Assembly (NCBI GenBank): GCA_947478465.1
Contig: CANJWH010000007.1
Span: 10,794-74,793, forward strand
Length of the DNA: 64,000 nt
From: Bacteroidota bacterium
GTDB taxonomy: Bacteria; Bacteroidota; Bacteroidia; SXHM01
Direction of reading: 5' to 3'
Each line of letters begins with the position of its first letter. Position 1 is the stretch's first letter. The position numbers were made by a program, and so were the translations under genes. The notes under the pieces are model-generated. The model made no database searches. It saw nothing but the letters and a program-made list of their open reading frames with translations, and was not told the DNA's origin. This document shows, piece by piece, positions 1-9,775 of the stretch.

Positions 1-1
1 A

Positions 2-160
2 GTGGGTCAAACTGTGAAAAAGAACGAACCTCTTTTTGTTATTGAAGCTATGAAAATGGAAACCACCATTACAGCGCATGATGAGATAACCATTGACAAA
101 ATTTTCCTTCCGGGTGGAAGTTTGGTAAGCGCAGATGATTTGGTGATGAGTGTGGGGTAA
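2..160 (+). CDS. C-terminal end (partial, 5' truncated by window) of a biotin/lipoyl-attachment (biotinyl) domain protein, e.g. biotin carboxyl carrier / biotin-dependent decarboxylase subunit
   Basis: Frame-2 translation VGQTVKKNEPLFVIEAMKMETTITAHDEITIDKIFLPGGSLVSADDLVMSVG* contains the EAMKM biotinyl-lysine motif; stop TAA at 158-160. Confidence 0.7.
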   Translation: MGQTVKKNEPLFVIEAMKMETTITAHDEITIDKIFLPGGSLVSADDLVMSVG

Positions 161-280
161 CCGCACTGATGGATAAACGTCTGTTTTGGGCTTAATTTTC
201 AAGTCCTAAAATACTTGTTTTGCGATAATTAAAAATTTGTACGTTTGCACGCTCAAAAAAAACGGAAACCATAAAGAATT

Positions 281-3200
281 ATGCAGAACAAAGGCGCCAT
301 TCAACTTTTTGCCATACTATTAGCTCTCGTTTGTCTATACCAGCTATCCTTCACATGGGTGGCCCGCAGCATTGATAAAGATGCTGCAGAATATGCTGCT
401 GGAGATGTAACTAAAGAAAAGAACTACTTAGATTCAATAGCTAGTAAGGAAGTTTACAACTTAGGAATTATTCAATATACCTATCGCGAGTGCAAAGACC
501 GTGAAATTAACCTTGGTCTGGATTTGAAAGGTGGTATGAACGTTACTTTAGAAGTATCGCTTTATGACCTGTTGAAAGCACTTTCAAACAATAGTATCGA
601 CCCTGATTTTAACAAGGCACTTGATATAGCAAAGCAAAGACAAAGCACTTCAACTAAAGATTTTGTAACGCTTTTTGGCGAAGCGTTTAATGAAGTAGCT
701 CCCGGCAAACAATTGGCTTCACCAGAAATCTTCGGTTTTACATTGAAAGAAAAGATTGGTGATAAAACTGCCAATACTGATGTTTTGAAAGTGCTGAACG
801 ATGAAGCGCAAAGCGCCATCAACTCATCATTTGACGTATTGCGCTCACGTATTGACAAATTTGGTGTAACACAGCCTAACATTCAACGTCTGCAGAATTC
901 TGACCGTATTTTGGTGGAACTTCCGGGTATTAAAGAACCGGATCGCGCTCGTAAATTGTTACAAAGTTCTGCCAAACTTGAGTTCTGGGAAACATATGAA
1001 AACGCTGAACTCGCTGAATCATTTGGTAAAGCAAATGAATACCTGCGCAGCATTTCAGGCGTAGCAAAAGATTCATCTTCTTCAGCAATCGACTCATTAA
1101 AAACCGACAGCGTTCTAAAAAGCGATGCTACTCCTGCAGCTGACCCTCTAGCTGCTTTGAAAGACAGCGCTGCTGACCCACTTGCAGGTCTTACTAAAGA
1201 TACTGCAAAAGCAGACACATCAAAAGATGCGCAATTTGCTGAATTCGCAAAAGAAAACCCTTTGTTCGCAAAACTTCGTCCTAATATTTATCAGAACGAG
1301 CAACAGCAATATATGAATGCTCCCGGTCCGGTTGTAGGTTATGCTGCAATCCGCGACACTGCAGAGGTGAATAAATTCTTAGCTATTCCACAGGTGAAAG
1401 GCTTGTTTCCTAACAACTCAAAATTCCTTTGGACTGTAAAAGCTTTTGATGCTGAAGGAACAACATTACAATTGGTTGCCATAAAAATTAACAGCCGAGA
1501 CAATAAAGCCCCATTAGAAGGTGATGTAATTGTTAGTGCAAGCCAAGGGTTTGGACAGTTTGGTGGAAAACCTGAGATTTCAATGAGTATGAATAACGTG
1601 GGCGCTGCGGGTTGGAAAAAACTCACAGGAGCAAACATTGATCGTTCTATTGCTATTGTTCTTGATAATTATGTTTATTCATTCCCAACTGTAAATGGAG
1701 AAATTGCAGGTGGTCGTTCTTCTATCACCGGTAATTTCACTATTAATGAGGCAAAAGATTTGGCGACAATTCTGCAAGCAGGTAAATTACCTGCTCCTGC
1801 TCGTATTGTTGAGGAGTCTATTGTTGGTCCTTCATTAGGTGCTGAAGCAATCAGCAACAGTTTGATTTCTTTTATCGTGGCCTTCATTGTAATTCTGCTT
1901 TTCATGGGCTTATATTATATGAAAGCAGGTTGGGTGGCTAATGTTGCTCTGTTTGCCAACGTATTCTTTATAATGGGTGTGCTTGCCTCGTTGGGTGCTG
2001 TATTAACGCTTCCTGGAATTGCGGGTATCATTCTTACTATAGGTCTTTCGGTGGATGCCAACATTCTGTTGTTTGAGCGTATCCGTGAAGAAATTCGTGC
2101 AGGTAAAGGAATGCGCCTTGCTATTGATGATGGTTTCAAACATGCTATGTCTTCTATTCTTGACTCTAACATTACGCTTCTTATCCTTGCGATAGTGTTG
2201 GGTATTTTCGGAAGCGGACCTATTCAGGGTTTTGCGGTTACATTGGGTATAGGTATCATCACTTCATTGTTTTCGGCAGTGTTGATTACCCGCATTATTT
2301 TGGAAGCATTGACTGAAAATGGCAAAACTGTTTCTTTCTCAAATCCTATTTCAGACAAAATCTACAGTGGCATTCACTTTGACTTTGTGAAAAACCGCAA
2401 ATACTATTACATCTTTTCTTCACTTATTATTGCAGCTGGTTTGGTAGCTTTTGCAACGAAAGGTTTGCACTACGGTGTAGATTTCAAAGGTGGCCGCTCA
2501 TATGTGGTGCAAATGGATAAAGCGCTTTCAAGCGATGATCTTATTAAAAACCTAAGCAAATCTTTTGGCGATGCTCCTGAGGTAAAAACCGTTGGAACAG
2601 ACAACCGTTTCAAAATCACAACCACTTACCTGATTACAGACAGCGCTAAAAATGCCGACAACATGGTGGTTGAGAAACTATATGAAGGACTAACTCCGCT
2701 TTATAGCGCAGCTCCTGATTTTGAAACATTTAAATCTACCAATCTGGTTTCTTCGCAAAAGGTAGGACCAACCATTGCTAATGATATCAAAACAGGCGCA
2801 GTTTGGGCAGTATTGATTTCATGTGGATTGATGTTCCTTTATATCTTCCTGCGTTTCAAAAAATGGCAGTACGGTTTGGGTGCAACAGTGGCTTTATTCC
2901 ACGATGTGCTTATTGTTCTTTCGTTCTATGCTATTCTTAATGGTGTTATTCCAATTGCATTGGAGATTGACCAACACTTTATTGCAGCTATTCTAACGGT
3001 AATGGGATACACAATGACAGAGTCGGTAGTTGTATTTGACCGTATTCGTGAATACCTTGGTCAGCACAAAACCAAAATTGTAGACGATAAAGTGGTTATA
3101 AATGATGCCTTGAACGCAACACTGAGCAGAACTATCAATACTACATTAACGGTGTTCTTCGTTCTAGTGGTTATCTTCATCTTTGGTGGTGAGGTTATCC

Positions 3201-3316
3201 GCGGGTTTGTATTTGCGTTGTTGATTGGCCGTATAATCGGAACCTATTCCTCACTGTGCATTTCTACACCTATTGTAATTGACTTCCAGCGCAACAAGGA
3301 AGTTGAGGCGAAATAA
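281..3316 (+). CDS. secDF: protein translocase subunit SecDF (fused SecD-SecF)
   Basis: 1011 aa; N-terminal TM then large periplasmic domain and two RND-like 6-TM bundles; typical Bacteroidetes fused SecDF length and N-terminus (MQNKG..LFAILLAL..LSFTWVA). Confidence 0.9.
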   Translation: MQNKGAIQLFAILLALVCLYQLSFTWVARSIDKDAAEYAAGDVTKEKNYLDSIASKEVYNLGIIQYTYRECKDREINLGLDLKGGMNVTLEVSLYDLLKALSNNSIDPDFNKALDIAKQRQSTSTKDFVTLFGEAFNEVAPGKQLASPEIFGFTLKEKIGDKTANTDVLKVLNDEAQSAINSSFDVLRSRIDKFGVTQPNIQRLQNSDRILVELPGIKEPDRARKLLQSSAKLEFWETYENAELAESFGKANEYLRSISGVAKDSSSSAIDSLKTDSVLKSDATPAADPLAALKDSAADPLAGLTKDTAKADTSKDAQFAEFAKENPLFAKLRPNIYQNEQQQYMNAPGPVVGYAAIRDTAEVNKFLAIPQVKGLFPNNSKFLWTVKAFDAEGTTLQLVAIKINSRDNKAPLEGDVIVSASQGFGQFGGKPEISMSMNNVGAAGWKKLTGANIDRSIAIVLDNYVYSFPTVNGEIAGGRSSITGNFTINEAKDLATILQAGKLPAPARIVEESIVGPSLGAEAISNSLISFIVAFIVILLFMGLYYMKAGWVANVALFANVFFIMGVLASLGAVLTLPGIAGIILTIGLSVDANILLFERIREEIRAGKGMRLAIDDGFKHAMSSILDSNITLLILAIVLGIFGSGPIQGFAVTLGIGIITSLFSAVLITRIILEALTENGKTVSFSNPISDKIYSGIHFDFVKNRKYYYIFSSLIIAAGLVAFATKGLHYGVDFKGGRSYVVQMDKALSSDDLIKNLSKSFGDAPEVKTVGTDNRFKITTTYLITDSAKNADNMVVEKLYEGLTPLYSAAPDFETFKSTNLVSSQKVGPTIANDIKTGAVWAVLISCGLMFLYIFLRFKKWQYGLGATVALFHDVLIVLSFYAILNGVIPIALEIDQHFIAAILTVMGYTMTESVVVFDRIREYLGQHKTKIVDDKVVINDALNATLSRTINTTLTVFFVLVVIFIFGGEVIRGFVFALLIGRIIGTYSSLCISTPIVIDFQRNKEVEAK

Positions 3317-3332
3317 ATTGATTGCGAAATTT

Positions 3333-3377
3333 GAATTTTAAATTGCGGATTGAATACCAATCCGCAATTTAAAATTC
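3333..3377. repeat. perfect 20 bp inverted repeat (hairpin, 5 nt loop) between secDF and tatA; possible terminator/protein-binding palindrome
   Basis: gaattttaaattgcggattg-aatac-caatccgcaatttaaaattc; arms extend imperfectly; no flanking U-tract. Confidence 0.5.
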
Positions 3378-3400
3378 GCAATCCGAAATAAATAAGCAGC

Positions 3401-3742
3401 ATGACTTTACTTTTCTTAGATATTGGCGGTGGTGAGTTAGTCCTCATTCTGCTGGTAGTAGTCATGTTTTTCGGGGCCGATAAAATTCCCGAAATGGCTC
3501 GCGGTCTTGGTAAAGGCATGCGACAGTTTAAAGATGCTACCGGAAGCATTCAGCGCGAGATTGAAAAAAGCATAAATGAAGCCGAACGCAATGTTCGCGA
3601 GAACGAGCCCCAAAAATCTGTAGAAGATAAAAAAGCAGAGGAGCCTAAAACACCTGTAGCTAAGCCGCCCGAAAACTCGGTAGCGCAAAAACCGGCTGAC
3701 GGGCCCATCTTTCCCGAAGACAAGCAAGCACCCAAAGAGTAA
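3401..3742 (+). CDS. tatA: Sec-independent (twin-arginine) translocase subunit TatA/E
   Basis: 113 aa; N-terminal TM + amphipathic helix motif GGELVLILLVVVMFFGADKIPEMARGLGKGMRQFKDA typical of TatA; acidic/proline-rich tail. Confidence 0.8.
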   Translation: MTLLFLDIGGGELVLILLVVVMFFGADKIPEMARGLGKGMRQFKDATGSIQREIEKSINEAERNVRENEPQKSVEDKKAEEPKTPVAKPPENSVAQKPADGPIFPEDKQAPKE

Positions 3743-3760
3743 GAAAAATATAAAACATTA

Positions 3761-3792
3761 AAAATCCTGCCTTTAAAGCAGGATTTTTTTTT
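3761..3792 (+). terminator. rho-independent terminator of tatA
   Basis: aaaatcctgcctttaaagcaggat followed by T9 run. Confidence 0.75.
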
Positions 3793-3807
3793 GAAATAGT
3801 AGCATTT

Positions 3808-3933
3808 CTCTACCTAACGGTCTTGTTTCTCTACCCAACTATCTTAATTCTCTACCCAACGGTCTTGTTTCTCTACCCAATAATCTTAATCCTTTACTCA
3901 ATAATCATGATTCGTTACCCAATAATCTAATTT
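3808..3933. repeat. 6 x 21 bp degenerate tandem direct repeat (CTCTACCCAAYNRTCTTRWTT), organised as two 42 bp higher-order units then decaying copies
   Basis: Direct reading: ctctacctaacggtcttgttt / ctctacccaactatcttaatt / ctctacccaacggtcttgttt / ctctacccaataatcttaatc / ctttactcaataatcatgatt / cgttacccaataatctaattt. Confidence 0.85.
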
Positions 3934-3936
3934 CTA

Positions 3937-3968
3937 GACTGAAATTAAAAATTCAGTCTGCTTTTTAT
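3937..3968 (+). terminator. terminator-like hairpin immediately after the 21 bp repeat array
   Basis: agactgaa-attaaaaa-ttcagtct followed by gcttttta. Confidence 0.5.
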
Positions 3969-4160
3969 CTGTTTCGGATAAATCAATTGACATGAACTGT
4001 TGTAGAATTAGTTTTTTTTGTAGTTAACCGAAAAAAAGGGGGGTGTTAATAAAATAAGTATAAAAATATTTGACTCTGGGGTGTAAAAAGACATACTTTC
4101 GCGCCCGAAAATGATTTTTATTTTACATACCCCCTAATTTATAACCCCAAATCACAAAAA

Positions 4161-6350
4161 ATGTCAGTTCTAAGATTTAAAGCCCTCGAAAGCGTTTACA
4201 CCCGCAGACCTTTAGAGGTAGATGCCCCGTCTGATAAGATATCAGACTTTTATGCAAGCAGCGTATTCGGTAAAAAAGCCATGCGCGAATTTTTACCGGA
4301 TGAGGTTTACAAACTTGTTCAGGAAGCTATTGAAAAAGGCATACAGCTAGACCGCAAAATTGCTGACCACGTAGCAATGGGCATGAAGTCATGGGCAATG
4401 ACCAAAGGAGTAACACATTACACTCACTGGTTTCAACCATTAACAGGCACAACTGCAGAAAAACATGATTCCTTTTTTCAGCCAACTCTTGATGGTGCTG
4501 CACTGGAAGTATTTGATGGCGGACAATTGGTGCAGCAAGAGCCTGATGCATCCAGTTTCCCCAGTGGAGGTATCCGTAACACCTTTGAGGCGCGCGGTTA
4601 CACTGCGTGGGACCCAACCTCAGCGGCTTTCATCATGGGAAAAACGCTTTGCATCCCTACTATATTTGTTTCCTATACAGGCGAAGCGCTTGACCATAAA
4701 GCTCCTTTATTAAAAGCACTTCACGCAATGGACAAAGCCGCGGTAGAGGTTTGCCAGTATTTTGATAAAAATGTTACCAAAGTAACTGCTACTCTTGGTT
4801 GGGAACAGGAATACTTTCTGGTGGATGCTGCTTTATATACAGCCCGCCCCGACCTTATGTTGACAGGAAGAACTGTTTTTGGACATTCTTCAGCAAAAGA
4901 CCAACAACTGGAAGACCACTATTTCGGTTCTATACCTGAAAGAGTAAATGCATTTATGCGCGATTTCGAAATTGAATCATTGAAACTCGGTATTCCGGTA
5001 AAAACCCGTCACAACGAAGTTGCGCCAAACCAATTTGAGTGCGCACCTATATTTGAAGAAACCAATTTGGCGGTTGACCACAACCTTTTATTAATGGATG
5101 TGATGGAAAAAGTAGCACGCAAACACAACTTCCGTGTGCTCTTTCATGAAAAGCCTTTCGCGGGAATTAATGGTTCAGGTAAGCACAACAACTGGAGCAT
5201 GGCTACTAATACAGGCAAGAACCTTTTGAGCCCGGGAAAAACTCCAAAGAAAAATTTACAATTCCTCACCTTTTTTGTGAATACTATTAAAGCCGTTCAC
5301 GAACATGCAGATTTGCTGCGCGCTTCTATTGCTCATGCAGGAAACGACCACCGTCTTGGAGCGAATGAAGCACCACCAGCAATTATTTCTGCTTTCATCG
5401 GTTCACAATTAGATGCAGTGTTGAATGAACTGGAAGAAAAAGTTCACAACGGCAAAATGTCTCCAGATGAAAAAACAGAACTTAAACTTAACATCGGCAA
5501 AATTCCGGAGATTCTTCTGGATAACACCGACCGTAACAGAACATCACCATTTGCTTTCACAGGAAATAAGTTTGAATTCCGTGCTGTAGGGTCTTCGCAA
5601 AACTGCGCAGGACCAATGATGGTATTGAATACCATTGTTGCAAATCAACTAACCGACTTCAAAATTGAAGTGGATAAAATAATTGATAAAGGAGTTGATA
5701 AAGAAGAAGCCATTCTGCAAGTGTTACGTCAATATATTATTGAGTCTAAAAACGTGCGCTTTGAAGGCAATGGCTATAGCGATGCATGGGTAAAAGAAGC
5801 TGAGAAACGTGGTTTGAGTAATATCAAAACTACACCTCAGGCGCTGGATGCTTATGTAAGCGCGAAAAGCAAAAAGCTTTTCAATCGCTTTGATATCCAC
5901 AGCGAGCGCGAAATCACCGCCCGCCACGATATTTATTTAGAGATGTATAGTAAGAAGATTCAAATTGAATCACGTGTAATGGGCGATATCGCCTTAAATC
6001 ACATTATCCCTACTGCAATTCAATATCAAAACCTTCTTATTACTAATGTAAGCGGATTAAAAGGGATTTTTTCCGCAGAGGAATTTAAGAAACTAACACC
6101 TGTGCAGGTTGAGACCATTAAAGAAGTATCTGAACATATTTTAGCTATTAAAAACGGAGTGGAGGCAATGATAGAAGCCCGCAAAAAAGCCAATAAAGTA
6201 GAGGGTGCCCGCGCTCACGCTATAGCATATTGCGAAAAAGTGGTTCCGTTTTTTGAAACCATCCGTTACCATGTAGATAAATTGGAGTTGCTGGTGGATG
6301 ACGAGTACTGGCCATTACCAAAATACCGCGAGTTGCTCTTCAATCGATAG
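4161..6350 (+). CDS. glnN: glutamine synthetase type III (GS III)
   Basis: 729 aa, length and N-terminus (MSVLRFKALESVY...HYTHWFQPLTG) characteristic of Bacteroides-type GS III. Confidence 0.9.
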   Translation: MSVLRFKALESVYTRRPLEVDAPSDKISDFYASSVFGKKAMREFLPDEVYKLVQEAIEKGIQLDRKIADHVAMGMKSWAMTKGVTHYTHWFQPLTGTTAEKHDSFFQPTLDGAALEVFDGGQLVQQEPDASSFPSGGIRNTFEARGYTAWDPTSAAFIMGKTLCIPTIFVSYTGEALDHKAPLLKALHAMDKAAVEVCQYFDKNVTKVTATLGWEQEYFLVDAALYTARPDLMLTGRTVFGHSSAKDQQLEDHYFGSIPERVNAFMRDFEIESLKLGIPVKTRHNEVAPNQFECAPIFEETNLAVDHNLLLMDVMEKVARKHNFRVLFHEKPFAGINGSGKHNNWSMATNTGKNLLSPGKTPKKNLQFLTFFVNTIKAVHEHADLLRASIAHAGNDHRLGANEAPPAIISAFIGSQLDAVLNELEEKVHNGKMSPDEKTELKLNIGKIPEILLDNTDRNRTSPFAFTGNKFEFRAVGSSQNCAGPMMVLNTIVANQLTDFKIEVDKIIDKGVDKEEAILQVLRQYIIESKNVRFEGNGYSDAWVKEAEKRGLSNIKTTPQALDAYVSAKSKKLFNRFDIHSEREITARHDIYLEMYSKKIQIESRVMGDIALNHIIPTAIQYQNLLITNVSGLKGIFSAEEFKKLTPVQVETIKEVSEHILAIKNGVEAMIEARKKANKVEGARAHAIAYCEKVVPFFETIRYHVDKLELLVDDEYWPLPKYRELLFNR

Positions 6351-6366
6351 TAATTGATGTCATGGA

Positions 6367-6400
6367 AAAGCCTTTCTGCTTCGTGCAGAAAGGCTTTTTC
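6367..6400 (+). terminator. rho-independent terminator of GS III gene
   Basis: aaaagcctttctgc-ttcg-tgcagaaaggcttttt. Confidence 0.8.
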
Positions 6401-6551
6401 ATTAATGAGCATCATTAATTTTTATTTTTTTCCTTGCAGAATAAATATTTTTCTACTTTTGGTCGGTCAAAAAAATGATTTAAGCATTGTATATTGATAA
6501 TTTATTTATTTTAGCACCCCAACAAAAAAAGACAACACAAAAAATTAACCT

Positions 6552-8543
6552 ATGAAAATTTTCAAAATCTTTACTCTCTTAGCCCTTGCGGTATCGGTTT
6601 CCTTCTCAGCGTTTGCTCAAAAGAGCAACGACAAAAGCAAAGCTGACCAGGCTTTTGATGTGATGGAATATTATGTTGCCATTGACCTTTACAAGAAGGA
6701 ATACAAATCGGCAAAAGATAAAGCCCGCAAAGCTGAAATTATTTTCAAGGTGGCAGAATGTTATCGCCTTACCAATAACCTTAAACAGGCTGAAACTTGG
6801 TATAAAAAAGCTGTAAAGATTAAATATCCTGATCCTATTGCTGTGCTTTATTTGGCAGATGCAATGAAAATCAATGAAAAATATTCTGACGCTATTGTTG
6901 AGTATAACAACTATGCAGCAAAAGTTCCAACTGATCCGCGCGCGGCTAAGGGCGCAGAATCTTGTGCGCTTGCTCAGAAATGGATTGATAACCCTACACG
7001 TTATGAAGTAAAAAACGAAGCGCAAATCAATGGTAAAAACAATGATTTCTCTCCTTCATATGCAAGTAAAAACAACAAAGAAATTCTCTTTACATCTTCA
7101 AGAGACGGTGCAGAAGGCGATGATGTTGACGGATGGACAGGACAAAGTTTTACCGATATTTTTTCATCTAAAATTGACAACAAAGGCAAATGGAGCAACC
7201 CAACACCTTTGGATGTAATTATTAACTCAGCTGATAATGAAGGTTCTGCTGTTTATGATGCAGATTTCAAAACACTTTACTTCACACGCTGCACACGAAA
7301 AAAGAAAGAAGCAATGGGCTGCGAAATTTACAGTGCTGAATCAAAAGGAAGCACATGGTCTGAGCCTGCATTGTTGCCATTAAAACCAGACTCAGTTGTT
7401 GCAACTGTTGGTCACCCGGCAATCAGCCTTGATGGAACTGTATTAGTATTTGCTTCTGATATCCCAGGTGGATTAGGAGGAAGAGATATTTGGGTTTCAA
7501 CTTACGATAAAGAGAAAAAACGTTGGACTAAACCTGTAAACGCTGGAAGCACTATCAATACACCTGCTGATGAGATGTTCCCTTTTATTCACGCTGACGG
7601 AACTTTATATTTTGCTTCAAGCGGACACATCGGAATGGGTGGTTTAGATATTTTTAAAGCTGATAAAGTATCTGCAACATCATGGGCAAACGTTACAAAC
7701 ATGCGTTACCCAATAAACTCTGCAGGTGATGATTTTGCAATCGTTTTTGAACGTGAAGCTGAAAAAGGTTATTTCACTTCAAACCGTAACGGTGGAAAAG
7801 GTGCTGATGATATTTATTCTTTCATACTTCCGCAACTTCAATTCACTTTGCAAGGTGTTGTAAAAGATTACAAAACCAAAAAACCGGTTGATGGTGCTAC
7901 TGTAACTATTGTTGGAACAGACGGTTCTTCAAAAGAGGTTAAAACAGACGCTTCAGGTTTCTATAAAGTTGACTTGATGCCAGCTACATCATATGTGTTG
8001 ACTGCAGGAAAACTTGGCGCATACCTTAACAAAACAGGAAAAACTACAACTGTAGGTTTTGAAGAAGATAAAGCGCTGGTTCACGATTTTGAACTGGATC
8101 CAATTGCAAAACCAATCGATCTTCCGAACATTTATTACGATTTGGCTAAATGGGAACTTCGTCCAGAGTCGAAAGTTGCTTTGGATGGTTTGATTGAAGT
8201 ATTGAATGACAATCCAACTATTGTTATTGAGTTAGGTTCACACACCGATATCCGTTCAAGTGATGCTTACAACTTAACACTGTCGCAAAAACGTGCACAG
8301 TCAGTTGTTGACTATCTTATTGAAAGCGGAATTGCAGCTGACAGATTGGTTGCTAAAGGTTATGGTGAAACTACTCCACGTGTTATTCCTTTTGATATAT
8401 CATTCATGAAAGCAGGTGATGTAATTACTGAGGCTTACATCAACAAACTTCCTACAGAAGAACAAAAAGAAGAAGCACACCAGATGAACCGTAGAACCGA
8501 GTTCAGAGTATTGCGCAGCGATTATGTTCCTAAACAAAACTAA
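6552..8543 (+). CDS. OmpA-family outer membrane protein with N-terminal TPR-like region, WD40-like (TolB/PD40) repeats and C-terminal OmpA peptidoglycan-binding domain
   Basis: 663 aa; signal peptide; C-terminal NIYYDLAKWELRPESK...SHTDIRSSDAYNLTLSQKRAQSVVDYL...GYGETTP OmpA motif. Confidence 0.85.
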   Translation: MKIFKIFTLLALAVSVSFSAFAQKSNDKSKADQAFDVMEYYVAIDLYKKEYKSAKDKARKAEIIFKVAECYRLTNNLKQAETWYKKAVKIKYPDPIAVLYLADAMKINEKYSDAIVEYNNYAAKVPTDPRAAKGAESCALAQKWIDNPTRYEVKNEAQINGKNNDFSPSYASKNNKEILFTSSRDGAEGDDVDGWTGQSFTDIFSSKIDNKGKWSNPTPLDVIINSADNEGSAVYDADFKTLYFTRCTRKKKEAMGCEIYSAESKGSTWSEPALLPLKPDSVVATVGHPAISLDGTVLVFASDIPGGLGGRDIWVSTYDKEKKRWTKPVNAGSTINTPADEMFPFIHADGTLYFASSGHIGMGGLDIFKADKVSATSWANVTNMRYPINSAGDDFAIVFEREAEKGYFTSNRNGGKGADDIYSFILPQLQFTLQGVVKDYKTKKPVDGATVTIVGTDGSSKEVKTDASGFYKVDLMPATSYVLTAGKLGAYLNKTGKTTTVGFEEDKALVHDFELDPIAKPIDLPNIYYDLAKWELRPESKVALDGLIEVLNDNPTIVIELGSHTDIRSSDAYNLTLSQKRAQSVVDYLIESGIAADRLVAKGYGETTPRVIPFDISFMKAGDVITEAYINKLPTEEQKEEAHQMNRRTEFRVLRSDYVPKQN

Positions 8544-8565
8544 TTTCTAATAGCTGAAAAAATAA

Positions 8566-8597
8566 AAAGCCCTCCGAATTTCGGGGGGCTTTTTTTA
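8566..8597 (+). terminator. rho-independent terminator
   Basis: aaagccctccgaa-tttcggggggctttttttatt. Confidence 0.85.
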
Positions 8598-8618
8598 TTT
8601 CCTTTGCACAATTAAATT

Positions 8619-9767
8619 ATGACCACACCAAATAAATACAACCAGCGCGGAGTTTCAGCAGACAAGGAAGATGTCCATAAGGCAATTGCCCAATTAGATA
8701 AAGGTTTATTTCCTAAAGCATTCTGCAAAATTGTTCCTGATTATCTTGGTAATGATGAAAATTACTGTGTGGTAATGCATGCAGATGGTGCAGGTACAAA
8801 ATCATCATTGGCATATATTTATTGGAAAGAAACAGGCGATATTTCTGTTTGGCGAGGCATTGCTCAGGATGCTGTTGTGATGAACACAGATGATTTATTA
8901 TGCGTTGGTGCATTGGATAATATTCTGCTTTCGTCTACTATTGGCAGAAATAAATTCCTCATTCCCGGTGAAGTGGTATCTGAGATTATTAAAGGAACAG
9001 AAGAAACGCTTACAACACTTCGCAAATACGGAATGAATATTATTTCTACTGGTGGCGAAACTGCTGACGTTGGAGATTTGGTAAAAACCATAATTGTTGA
9101 CTCAACAGTTGTGTGTCGGATGAAACGCAGCGATGTTATTTCTAATCACAGAATTCAGGCAGGTGATGTTATTGTGGGTATAGCTTCTTATGGGCAAGCA
9201 TCTTACGAAAATGAATATAATGGAGGCATGGGCAGCAATGGTCTGACTTCTGCAAGGCATGATGTTTTTAGTCATGAGTATGCTAAAAAATATCCGGAGA
9301 GTTTTGATAATTCATTGCCTGATAATATTGTTTATTCAGGTAAAATGAAATTGGAAGAATCGGGTAAAATGGTTCTTTCTCCAACACGAACTTATGCTCC
9401 TGTAGTCAAAAAAATATTTGATACTGTTTTAAGAGAAAACATACATGGTATGGTGCATTGCAGCGGAGGCGCGCAAACCAAAGTGCTGCATTTTGTGGAT
9501 AATCTGCATATTGTTAAAGACAATCTTTTGCCAACACCACCGTTGTTTAAACTTATACAGGAACAGAGCGGAACATCATGGCAGGAAATGTATAAAGTGT
9601 TTAACATGGGTCATCGTATGGAGATTTATGTTGCACCTGAAAATGCACAATCAATAATTGATGTTGCCCAATCATTTCACATTGAAGCGCAGGTTGTAGG
9701 CAGATGTGAAGAAGGAAAAGGCAAAAGCCTGACGATAAATAGCGAATACGGAGTTTTCGAATACTAA
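8619..9767 (+). CDS. AIR synthase-related (PurM-like) protein
   Basis: 382 aa; N-terminal PurM-like domain (GVSADKEDVHKAI...HADGAGTK) and C-terminal PurM-like domain. Confidence 0.65.
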   Translation: MTTPNKYNQRGVSADKEDVHKAIAQLDKGLFPKAFCKIVPDYLGNDENYCVVMHADGAGTKSSLAYIYWKETGDISVWRGIAQDAVVMNTDDLLCVGALDNILLSSTIGRNKFLIPGEVVSEIIKGTEETLTTLRKYGMNIISTGGETADVGDLVKTIIVDSTVVCRMKRSDVISNHRIQAGDVIVGIASYGQASYENEYNGGMGSNGLTSARHDVFSHEYAKKYPESFDNSLPDNIVYSGKMKLEESGKMVLSPTRTYAPVVKKIFDTVLRENIHGMVHCSGGAQTKVLHFVDNLHIVKDNLLPTPPLFKLIQEQSGTSWQEMYKVFNMGHRMEIYVAPENAQSIIDVAQSFHIEAQVVGRCEEGKGKSLTINSEYGVFEY

Positions 9768-9775
9768 AATACAGA

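Noticed and set aside
562-3727. Antisense ORFs inside secDF and tatA (562-882, 883-1218, 1339-1638, 1675-1905, 1915-2172, 3244-3549, 3437-3727, 3550-3735)
   Set aside because: They lie entirely within or opposite a strongly supported gene, have low-complexity translations, and are spurious.
3401-3742. Whether the 113 aa TatA call is over-extended
   Set aside because: The N-terminus (MTLLFLDIGGGELV...) is a few residues longer than typical TatA but no better internal start exists. It is kept as called, and the Lys/Glu/Pro-rich tail is common in TatA homologues.
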